A stretch of 61,939 nt of DNA, the filler included, from Jimgerdemannia flammicorona (taxonomy: Eukaryota), in assembly GCA_003990765.1 (NCBI GenBank). It is 2 parts of 2 records of this genome, joined end to end, with 100 filler letters (N's around TTAATTAATTAA, not from the genome) between each part and the next. Parts side by side here need not be neighbours in the genome. Positions count along the whole stretch, not along the records: positions 1 to 30,938 come from RBNJ01000418.1; 1 more part is not named here. The stretch is one strand, 5' to 3'. The notes under the pieces are model-generated. The model was not told the origin of the DNA and did not search any database. It saw nothing but the letters and a program-made list of their open reading frames with translations. The first letter of the stretch is position 1; each line of letters starts with the position of its first letter. Position numbers and translations under genes: made by a program. Positions 1-10,590 of this stretch are shown here, in pieces.

Positions 1-323
1 ATTTGGTATATTCTAATTATAAATAAAAAAATATAATTGTTATAATAAGTAAAATAATAATTTAAAATTTAATAAAATAAATATTAGCTAAAATATATAA
101 GTATCATAATTTTTGCAGGCATATTTGCCTGCTTTACAAGGGATAACATATTTAATGTCTATCGTCGCAAGGTAAATATCATATAAAAATGCATCTACCA
201 AATGTTGCATAATATCCTAAATTCTCTTCCATCCACACTTAGTTCGTCCACTTAAAAATAGGAAAAATAAATTCTTCTAGCCCATTCCCGCCCACATCAC
301 CCCAGCTCACTGCACCTCCCGCC

Positions 324-2620
324 CTACTGCTGGACGCCACATTCCTCGATATAATTCTTCGGCACCTGTCCCTCCACAATCTTCCTGAACGCGTCCATGG
401 TGCACAGACTCGTGTCCTCGCTTGCGTGGTGCGCGCCCAGGGCGGCGCATCCGGGAAGCCTCAGAATGCGGTCGTTATAGCGGACGCGGACGTAATGCGT
501 CGAGGCGCTAGCTACTGGATCGGGCTTCTTAGATGCAAAGATAGCGGGGAACCAGGAGGAGGTTTTCTTCGGCGGGACGGTCGTGTCTTGGAGGAGCTCG
601 AAAATAATGATGCTACTGAAGGGGGGCCATCTGTGAAAGGAAAAACCAGGATTGAAGGTGAGGAGGGCTCCGCGCGGTCCATGGCCTGGCTAATATCGGA
701 ATGAAACCGAGCGAGCGATTGTCTTACTTGTTATCGAAGGCATCCAACAAGATCAGCATCGGCGCGATGCTCCTATTGACGTAGGAAAATCCAAATTATG
801 TGATAAACATTTGGCAATCAGCAATTTGATCATGAAACCGCCTCTCAACTCACTAAACCACCCTATCCCGCAACCTACGTATCATGTCCCGCATAAACCG
901 CCATCTTAAGCTCATCGTCGCCAGCCTTCCTCTCCTCTTCGGTTCTTCCCTCAGCCCTCCGCACTATGCGGTCTTGGATCTCGCCCATCAGCCGGCCCAT
1001 ACCCAGTCGGCGCATCTCCTCGGATTGCTGGGGCCCATGGAACCACTCCTTCACGACCACTTCCTCGAGATCCAGGAATATAGCGTCATCAAACTCAGGC
1101 GGGATGGGGATTCCATGGACTTTGGCTATGAGAGATAAAGGAGGGGTGGTGATGGAATATTAATATTACGACATGTATGATTGGGGAACGGAGAGTCATT
1201 ATGAAAGTAACACTGGTGTGCTTACCGGCAAAGATTGTATCTGGGAACGTCGAAAAGAGAAAACCGCCATAAAAAGTCAAACGAAAGGCACGACCACAGA
1301 ACTACCACGGCACAAAGATGTCGAGCATAGCGACAATTTACTATCCTTCTACCACCGCCAATCCACATACGACGCTCCACTTCCATACCATCAACGTACC
1401 CAAGATCCCATTCGCCGACGGATGACTATCCAACGTGACCTCCTTTACGTAACCCTTCAACCGCTCCGCAATAGACTTCATCTTCTCGTCCATGTCGGCC
1501 GCCACGACCGCCTTAAACTGCTTAGCCAGCGTGCGGAGCCGAGCACAGGAAGGATTCGGGAATAGATTGTCCTCGTTCAGATCACTGGATAGGAACCGGA
1601 AGAATGAGGGCATAGATTAGAATCTCGGAGACACAAACACCATGACATACAGAAGGCGGGTAGAGGAGCAATAGCAACTCACCGTGTATGGATCTTGAGG
1701 GCAAACGAGTCGGGTCGAAACTGCGAAGGGTAGAGCCCGGCGCTGATGAGCTGCTGGATGGATTCCTGGGTGCGCGCATAGTCCGTGCTGCGGAGGTAGA
1801 ATTGATTGGGATCGAAAGTTCTGGGCAGAAAGTTGAGTCTGAAGAGGATAGCAAACGTGTGGAGGCAAAGATAAAGCGACTTGAATATGGAGCTCGGTGA
1901 TATACCATGGAAAGGTAAAATAAATAAAAAATAAATAAAAAATAAAAACGATGTGCAGGTCACCATTCAAGGAACTTGCCTGTCGACGTAGATCTCGCGT
2001 AATCGTGTCCCAATCTCGGTTGTGGATTGCCTGCCGAGGTCCGTAAGTTGGCCACAAAAGCTTCGGGTACGATACAGAAGATTTATGAGTACGCGGAACC
2101 CAGTCAAAAAAAAAGACAATCAAACGCGCGGTCCTCGCAACAGTAGGCATACCAAGCACCCTTGCCCATGTCCACGGACTCCCCGTTCACCGACTGGAAT
2201 ATCTTGCGAACAGGCACGGTCGTTATGGACTTGCTCTTCCCCTTGTCTGGTGTGTCGAATTGCAGGATGGAGGCGAATATAGCATCGTTTGCAGCACACA
2301 TATTCCAGATGGGGGGGATCCAAGGGACGAGCCTACGGCGGACGGGTGTGCGTTCGCCTGGTAGTCAATGAAATTGATTAAGATAAATGCACAGTGGATG
2401 GAAAACTCTAAAGACCGATATCTCGGAGCTTGCAAGGGTTGGCTTACCATGACGGTGCAGAACTTGTAACAATCTGGTGAGGTTGGGAAGGGGGTTTAAG
2501 GATTAATGGATGCCAAGAACAAGGATGCGTAGACTCGACTTTTGTGGTTCACCTCAGCTGTAGGCCGGGAGGATACAGAGAGCTCAAAGCCTCGTTATCG
2601 TTTGAGGGGAGGACGGACAT
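324..2620 (-). CDS. Histidine acid phosphatase (His_Phos_2 / branch 2), multi-exon
   Basis: Spliced reading from ATG 2620 gives MSVLPSNDNEALSSLYPPGLQLR|LLQVLHRH|GERTP. The RHGxRxP motif spans a 26-nt exon (2448-2473) and the next exon. Later exons give YLRSTDYARTQES and the HD motif (AVYAGHDT, ORF 875..1060). The C-terminus HYVRVRYNDRILRLPGC...CTMDAFRKIV...EEC ends at TAG 324-326. GT-AG introns. Confidence 0.9.
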
Positions 2621-2719
2621 TTTGGAAGTATGGCGGCTGCGCTGGCATTTAGATTTTCGACCCGTCACATCACAGTTACACGTGACCCTCTCTCTCTCCC
2701 ACGAACATAGTTACAAACC
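2621..2719. promoter_or_regulatory. 99-bp bidirectional promoter with E-box CACGTGAC
   Basis: Divergent ATGs at 2620 (-) and 2720 (+); CACGTGAC at 2679-2686, GTCAC at 2664 and a CT-rich tract at 2687-2700. Confidence 0.65.
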
Positions 2720-5156
2720 ATGGCAACCAAGACGGGTACATACTTGTTTCTGAAGTCATCACATATTATGTATCCAACTCTCAGGAGCATTCTCTTTTTT
2801 CTGTTCAGCCAAGCACCTTATGAACGACCCCGACAAGGTAACGATATTTTACCTCTTGTAGCAGTAAACGTGCCCCCCGTGATCTGGCGTTGACATTATC
2901 GGATGTTCTATTTGTCGCAGATCGTGGTCGAATCTTTGAAGGGTCTATGCTACGCCAACCCTGGGCTGACTCTGTTGGAAAATGACAAAGGTACGTAATT
3001 TCTATATCCCTCAGATTTAATTGTCTGCTCAAACCTAGAGGGTTGATAATGGCCATTACGTTTCTGAATTTTCTGCCAAAAACGGTTTCCTTCCATGATT
3101 GCGCCCAGTTGTGTACCAAAGCAACGTTGACGAAATCGCCCGAAAGCAAGTGACGCTAGTGGCTGGCGGTTAGTCAGGCTTCCTTTATTCTGCAACAGGT
3201 GGCATATCGCATGTATAAACCCTGACTGTTACTCTCCCTAATTTCTCACCGCCTAGGCGGTGCCGGCCACGAACCCGCCCATGCCGCCTTTGTTGGCCCC
3301 TCGATGCTCACCGCCGCCGTGACCGGGCAGGTCTTCGCCTCGCCCTCGGCGGGCCAGATCCTGACCGCACTTCGTGCCGTCCGCTCCCCGCACGGCACCT
3401 TGGTGATCATTAAGAACTATACGGGCGATTGCCTGCACTTTGGTCTGGCCACGGAGCGTGCCAAGGCGGAGGGGATGAAGGTAGAGATAGTCATCGTAGG
3501 CGAGGACGTGGCAGTTGGCAGGGAGAAGGGCGGGTTGGTGGGACGGAGGGGCCTGGCGGGGACAATACTGGTGCATAAGGTGGCAGGGGCTTTAGCGGCT
3601 AAAGGGTAAACCTTCTTTGTCTTATCAAGCACTTTACCAAACGCTGAGCGCTCGCACAGTCCACTTACGCATTTAACAACACCCCATCTCTAGCGCCACC
3701 CTCGAACAGGTCCGTCACGCGGCTCAGTACGTCGCCTCCAACATCGCGACCATCGGTGTCGGTTTGGACCACTGCCACGTCCCCGGCTCCAGCAGTTTTG
3801 CGAGCCTGGCCGATGGCGAGATTGAACTTGGCATGGGCATCCACAATGAGCCCGGGTACCGCAAGACGAGCCTCCCGCCCCTCAGGACTCTCGTAGGGAG
3901 CATGCTCGACACCATGCTCGACACAACCGATCCGGACCGTTTCTACCTTCCACTTGACTTTTCCAAGGACCGCGTCGCGCTACTTGTCAACAACCTGGGC
4001 GGGACCCCAGCCCTCGAGCTAGGAGTTGTGGTGAAAGAGGCCACCGAGCACCTGGTATCTCGTAGGGGAATCGTGGTCGAGCGCGTTATCTCCGGGTTCT
4101 TCATGACTAGCCTGAATATGCCCGGATTTTCGTTCACGTTGCTGAGGCTGCCGAGCGAGGGCGGGTTGGATTTTGTACCGTTACTGGATGAGCCGGTGGG
4201 CGCGCCGGCGTGGAGAAACGGAACCACGAACAGATTTACAACGGATGTGGTCGATGCGAGGAAGGGGTTGGATAAGGCGACGGTGGAGGAGGACGAGGTC
4301 GGTGTGGGCTCGCGTAAGTATTGTGACGTTTTGTCAATAGTGTATAATGTTGGACAATTGGAGGACCTACATTAACTAATGTTTGGTTTTGTGTTTCTCA
4401 TCAGTCTCGAACCGCGAAGCCGTCATCAAGGCCATCCGTACTGCGGCTGAACATGTTATTGCTGCAGAACCGGATATCACTTCCTATGATACCTTGGTGG
4501 GTGACGGCGACTGTGGTCATACACTCAAGCAAGGTGCCAATGGTGCGTAACGTTCTACATTCCATCCCCTTCTCATTCTATCCTGCCAACATAATGAATC
4601 CTTGTTGGGTTGCGCTCGATCTCACTCGTACCGCCATATTCTATTCCGTCTCCCTCCAGCTGTCCTCGCTGCTCTGCCCACTCTCCCCTTCCACACCGCC
4701 TCCCAACTCATTCTCAGTCTCTCTGACATTCTCGACGCCAACATGGGCGGCACGTCCTCGGCCCTCTACTGTATATTTTTGAACGCACTCGCGGCGGGCC
4801 TCAAGATCTCGACCGCACACGACGGTGTCGCCACCGCCTCAGTCTGGGGGGGGGGCCTCGAGGTCGCGCTCCGCGCCCTCGAGAGGTACACGCCCGCTCG
4901 CCCGGGAGACCGTACGGTCATTGACGCCTTGGCGCCATTCGTCGAGACCTTTGTGGCCACCAGGTCAATTGCCGAGGCGGTCCATCGCGCGCGAGAGGGT
5001 GCCGAGGCGACCAGAAAGATGAAGGCCAGGCTGGGTAGGGCGAGCTACGTCAGCGATGAGAGCGTCATTGGAGCAGCGGTGCCGGATGCGGGTGCGTGGG
5101 GATTTGTGGCGTTGGTAAGTGGGTTGAAAGCGGGGCTGGAGGCAAGACGAGATTGA
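2720..5156 (+). CDS. DAK1: Dihydroxyacetone kinase / triokinase (Dak1+Dak2 domains), multi-exon
   Basis: Spliced N-terminus [24 protein letters not shown]...|[17 protein letters not shown]. Motifs [85 protein letters not shown]. Stop at 5154-5156. Confidence 0.95.
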
Positions 5157-5375
5157 GTGATGACTTGATGTGGTTAAGGGGATACCCTCGTGGCAAGGGA
5201 TTTGTGGGAGGCAATGTAATTTGGTACGTTGACTTCAATTAGTTCAAGTGTTTAGATGAAATTTTTCTTGTAACGAAAAGGCTACTATTTCTATACCACC
5301 TGCGTTCCAAAATGTTTCAAAAGCCGAGAATGTTCTGTAATTGACGAGGATATTGTTGAATCATCAGAAGTGTTC

Positions 5376-5760
5376 CTAATAAATTGATTCGAATCGAATT
5401 GAATCGAGTTGAATTGAGTTGAATTCAATTGAGTTTAAGCCCTTTGAATCCAAACAATAAATAATATTACCAGACTATATATATATATAAGTTTAGATTA
5501 AGCTAATTATTAATTATCATAATTATCAATTTACTATAACTATCATAATATATTATTAGTTAGTTATATCAATATACATAGATAATATATATTTTATAAG
5601 CAGTAAGAATATTTTATACTTTAATATAATTATATTTATTAGCAAAATAAATACTAAAAGTTTCTTTTTAATTTATTATAATTACTTATAGAGTTAATAA
5701 TAAAAATATAATTAGGTATTAAGCTATATAGTTCTATATAACATAGCTTTATATAGTATG
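5376..5760. repeat. AT-rich decayed foldback/TE relic with GAATT/GAATC pentamer repeats
   Basis: TCCTAATAAATTGATTCGAATCGAATTGAATCGAGTTGAATTGAG resembles the terminal pentamer arrays of the elements at 13650, 14250, 16045 and 21132; it is followed by TpA-rich sequence. Confidence 0.5.
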
Positions 5761-6225
5761 ACATACATTCGAATCTATAAACCACACCACGTGACTAAAG
5801 TGTGACCGCCGCTAAATCCTAGGGGTCCATCAAAATAGTCATGTGCTTGTGTGATAATATTTTTTGACAATAATTAGGCGTATACTATTATAAAATTTAT
5901 ATAGTCATTTCCTTTTTAAGAAGTATGTGACTGGCACCAAATTTTGGCTCAACGTAATAAAAATTCTTTTTTTTAAACTTATAGGGAGACATAAAAAAAA
6001 ATTAAATAAAGATTCTAACTCTATCAAGTGGTAGTAAATCAAGCAGAGAATCTTTCTACAGAATTAGTTTTTGAATTTTTTTTTCTTATTATGTTTCTAT
6101 ACCTTCAAAGTTTACCGAGGTTTATAGATTCGCCAGACTAGGAAGGTCACGGGCGTGTGGCATGAGTAGAGACAGTACGTTCATGTGACTGTCACTCAAT
6201 TCGTCTTCTGCACTGTTCTCTCTCC

Positions 6226-7428
6226 ATGGGCCTCCTCTTCTCAAAACTATGGAGCCAGCTCTTCTCAAAGGAGGAGGTAAAGATTATCATCGTCGGCCTG
6301 GACAATGCAGGGAAGACCACTTTGCTATACAAACTGTAGGCCTCACTTCCTTACCTTTGCACGCGCATTGTAGAAGCTTGGCAACCTTAGGCCCAAATCA
6401 CATTCACGCCATGTTGACCTACTTCTCCTCCGGCGGAGTTAGATTATTGAACGAAATTGTAGTGACAACGCCCACAATCGGTAGCAATGTCGAGAGCATC
6501 CTATACAAGAACATCAACTTTTTGATGTGGGTAAGTCTTGGCATTTCTACTCTTTACACACAAGACGTTGTGATTTGAAACTGTGCCGTTCTCTGAGGAT
6601 GCTTTTTAACTATGTAAAACATGTGCCACTCTCCTTTGCACGGCAGGACATCGGCGGCCAAGAATCATTACGAACCTCGTGGGCGACCTATTACGTGAAC
6701 ACAAAGGTGGGATCAATAACAGTCATTGTTTCGTGTGCAGCCTTACCCTATTCTGACAATCAATTCGTGGTTGTTTGCTAGGCTGTCATCATGGTCATCG
6801 ACAGCACTGATAAGGAGCGCCTGCACATCGCGCGAACCGAACTGCACCAAATGATGGAAACGGAGGTAAGTAAGGATGATACGCGCTTATGTACGACTGT
6901 TGCACTATTTTTGACATTGTCACACCCGCCCTCTTCGGTAATCAATTTCTTCGCCGCATTTTGATGGGCTCTATCTATCATTAGTCACTGCAAAACGCTA
7001 GTCTCCTGATCTTTGCGAACAAGCAGGACATGAAGGACGCGCTGACCGCGTCGCAGATCTCGGAAGCGCTAAACTTGACGAGCTTGAAAGATCGGCAGTG
7101 GCATATACAAGTGGGTATTAGTTGAGAGGAGTATGGAAAAATGGTTGATATAGTTCATCCGTTTCTCGTCACTGTCGGTTGCTGATATTCCTGAGTCATT
7201 GTAATTGAAATGTGTTAGGCATGTTGCGCGTTGACAGGTGACGGGTATGTATGATTCAAGTTTGGTACGGGGACATGAGAAAAACAGGAAATAGATTGTT
7301 GCGAAAACGATTCTCTTTCTTGCGCCAATATATGAGAACACCTGGCATACTTATCCTTTGTCCTTATGCCTATTCACAGCATATTCGACGGTCTGGACTG
7401 GATTGTGGCGCAGATCAGTGCGCGTTGA
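6226..7428 (+). CDS. ARL5: ADP-ribosylation factor-like GTPase, ARL5 type, multi-exon
   Basis: [54 protein letters not shown]...[20 protein letters not shown]...DSTDKERL...FANKQD...[17 protein letters not shown]. The PTIGSNVE and [10 protein letters not shown] variants are typical of ARL5; Gly2 myristoylation site; stop at 7426-7428. Confidence 0.9.
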
Positions 7429-7913
7429 TTTGGTTCTGGGACTGCGGCATTTTGCGAACTAGTAGTCGTCTTATTCGTTTGAGCTTGAGGACATTCCATA
7501 CTCGGGTGGCTGATTGTATAGGATATGTGGTGAATATAGTATAGTGGGCAAGAAACCCAGGGTAATTGTGATCCCAGGGTAATTGTGATTTGTCATGTTC
7601 CCTTGTGAAATTGAAGGCAAGCGATTCCGCGAGCGAGAGAATTCGAATTCCTAGAGCCAATCCTTGTGTCGCAGGTTTTTTTTTTTTTTTTTTGTTTTCC
7701 ATGTAGATTGGAATGTATTTTGTCCTAGATGGATAGTAAAGGCCTTTATTCATCGATATTATTCATCAAATCATTGTCATATGGCCCCGCCATTGTTCAA
7801 CCATATCATGCAACAAGTTTCCTTTGCATTAGACTGGTTAAATGGTAGCATCCTACTAATTGATACACCGCCATTTTGGTTTCTGGCACCTAGATTTCTT
7901 CAACACTAATCCC

Positions 7914-8686
7914 TTACTCTTGCTTTTGCTGCAACATCCAATTGATGACCTCTTCGTTCTTATACGTCTGTGACCACGAGTCGTGCTTCACGTTCGGGTA
8001 CACTGTGAGCTTGACATTCCCTCCCACCTTCTTCAGGGCCTCCACCATGTCGATTGACCGCTGGACGGGGACAGTGTTGTCTAGAGCGCCGTGGAAGCAC
8101 CACACTGGTAGATTTTTGATCCGATCGATATGCTCAGTATTGCCGCCGCCACAGATGGGAATGGCGGCAGCGAAACGGTCCGGATACGTGATGGCCAGGT
8201 CCCAGGTGCCAAAGCCACCCATGCTGTACGTGTGTGACAGGAAGAAGGGGTAAACAGCAGTCATGTTAGCTTCCGGATCGAAAAAATGGTGCTTCGACTT
8301 GAAAAGATCTCATCGTAATGTTGCGGGACCAACCTGAGGCCTGTGACGTATACACGTTTTCGATCAACATTATATTCTTTTTCAATCATGTCCAGTAAAT
8401 TCCCCAGGATGTCAGCTTCCCAGCCATTGGCGAAGGTAGCGGAGTAGAGTTGCGGAAACACGCCGATGAAGGGGTATTCTTTTCCAGCGGCAATTAACTT
8501 TGGTAGACCATTTTTCTTCACATTGTTCAGATCGGTGCCGCGCTCGCCAACACCGTGCAGGGAGAGCACAAGAGGCCATACTTTTTTTTCCGTAGCATTG
8601 TAGTCCTTGGGAAGGTAGAGAAGGTATTGTTGGGTTCTGACCACTTGGGCGGAGAGAGTGCCTTCGGAGAAGATGGGGCGAGACAT
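7914..8686 (-). CDS. Alpha/beta-hydrolase (phospholipase/carboxylesterase, COG4099-like), 220 aa, 2 exons (8686-8334, 8223-7914)
   Basis: YLLYLPKDY...WPLVLSLHGVGERG, RVYVTGLS|MGGFGTW (GxSxG nucleophile), PICGGG, FHGALDNTVP (Asp), VKHDSW (His). One 110-nt GT-AG intron; the exons total 663 nt in frame. Confidence 0.92.
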
Positions 8687-9023
8687 GGTATGAAAAGGAT
8701 GGAGCGAAGGCTAAATAACAGGATAACAGGGTGTGGGTGGCGGTGAGTGGCTGGCTAATGACACGATTGTGTCGGCCGAGAGTGATGTCACAAATTGGGG
8801 GTTTTGATGTTGGGATGGATCCGAACAAGTCGACCTCTCTCATTCACAACGTCCATCGCGGTATGTCGGCCGTGCATCCGTCCATCCGTCCATCCATCCC
8901 ATTCATCCATGCTCGTAGCCACCGCAGAGTTGCTAATTTGCAAAAATATGTCATTATGCAGGCTGTTCTTTAAATTCCTTCTCGGAGCCCCTTGAACACT
9001 TACGTTCTCAACAAAAACTCAAG

Positions 9024-10384
9024 ATGTCAAAGGGAGACGGTCGTGTCAAAAAGGAAGCTTACTTCGAGAAGGTGCGTTTGGTTGTTGAAAAGCTCACGGC
9101 TCGTTTCTTGTTGGATTGACTTTGAGAGGGGTTTTTCGGTGGCGGGATTCACGTGACGAGGAGGAAGGTGATGCTGTATTGGGGAATCGGATCCTTATTA
9201 CTTAACCAAACAATGTTAACCTGTTAACCCTGGCACCAACAGCTGAAGGGCCTCTTGGAGGACTTCTCTTCCATCTTCATTGTCAACGTCGACAACGTTG
9301 GCTCGAATCAGATGCATCAGATCCGTTTATCTCTCCGTGGTCAGGCCGTCGTCCTCATGGGCAAGAACACCATGGTTCGTCGCGCCCTCAAGGTCCTTGG
9401 CCCCGATAACCCGCAGTTCGAACGCCTTCTCCCCTTTGTTAAGGGCAACATTGGCTTCGTGTTCACGAATGGTGACTTGAAGGATATTCGTGAGAAAATT
9501 GTCGCCAACCGTGTTGCTGCTCCCGCCAAGGCTGGTGCCGTGGCCCCCGTTGATGTTTTCGTTCCCGGCGGTAACACTGGAATGGAACCCGGCAAGACGT
9601 CCTTCTTCCAGGCCTTGGGTATCCCGACTAAGATCGCTCGTGGCACCATTGAAATCGTGAACGACGTCCATCTCGTCAAGGAAGGTAGCAAGGTCGGCGC
9701 TTCCGAGGCTGCCCTCATGACTATGTTGGGCATTTCCCCCTTCACGTACGGTATGACCATCCTTCAGGTCTACTCCGAGGGCACCACCTTCGCCCCCGAG
9801 GTCCTCGATATCGAGGAGTCCACTCTTATCAACCAGTTCTTGGCTGGTGTCGCCAACATTGCCGCTATCTCGCTTGCTGCTGGGTACCCTACCGTCGCTT
9901 CGGTTCCGCACTCAATCATCAACGGTTACAAGAATTTGTTGGCCGTATCTGTCGCGACTGACTACACTTTCCCTGGTTCTGAGCAGGTAATTATTCTACG
10001 GTATCATCGTGGCTGTTTTCCCCTTTTTCTTTCGCCATCCCGAGCCAAGAGATGAAAAACGTTTATAATAGCCTCCTCACGGAGGCGAAGACTATAACAA
10101 AAACTATATACACTCTAATTTTTTCCTGATGGTTCGCAAGTCGCTTTACCTTCATATTCCGATCCCGTGACACCATTGATACACGTTCTTAACTCCATGC
10201 ACTTTCTATCTCCATCCACCAGATTAAGGCTTACCTCGCTGACCCGAGCGCGTTCGCCGTCACGGCCGCCCCGACCGCCTCGGCTGGATCTTCCTCAGCG
10301 CCTGCTGCGGCTGCTGTAGAGGAGAAGAAGGAAGAGGAGGAAGAGGAGGACGAGGACATGGGCTTTGGTCTGTTTGATGATTAA
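9024..10384 (+). CDS. RPP0: 60S acidic ribosomal protein P0 (uL10), 3 exons
   Basis: [44 protein letters not shown]...MGKNTMVRR...[23 protein letters not shown]; acidic C-terminus [17 protein letters not shown]. Confidence 0.98.
10041..10136 (+). ncRNA. Candidate intronic box C/D snoRNA (guide antisense to 18S rRNA)
   Basis: Lies in RPP0 intron 2. 7-bp terminal stem CGAGCCA/TGGTTCG; box C-like GAGATGA (10049-10055, one mismatch to RTGATGA); box D CTGA (10126-10129). The 16 nt just upstream of box D (ACACTCTAATTTTTTC) are complementary to the conserved SSU rRNA sequence GAAAAAATTAGAGTGT. Confidence 0.75.
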
Positions 10385-10590
10385 ACGCATCTGAGAGGCG
10401 ATGAGGTGGATGGGTGCCCATTTGTACCGAAAATGAATAAACAGTATCTGAGTAATAGCAATGATGGTTATGTGTTATGTGACTGGGTGGCGGAGTGATG
10501 CTTGTGACGTCACGTCGTTACGTATACATTCTGCACTGCGGACGCGCACCCAAACGTAAGCTCTTTCTCTCTCTTTTTCCAACACCCAAC

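Noticed and set aside
7556..7589. Perfect 17-bp tandem duplication CCCAGGGTAATTGTGAT downstream of ARL5
   Set aside because: A single local duplication with no further support for function.
9327..9911. 194-aa antisense ORF over RPP0 (also 12070..12678 over NPL4)
   Set aside because: Expected shadow of biased codon usage on the coding strand; no recognisable motifs.
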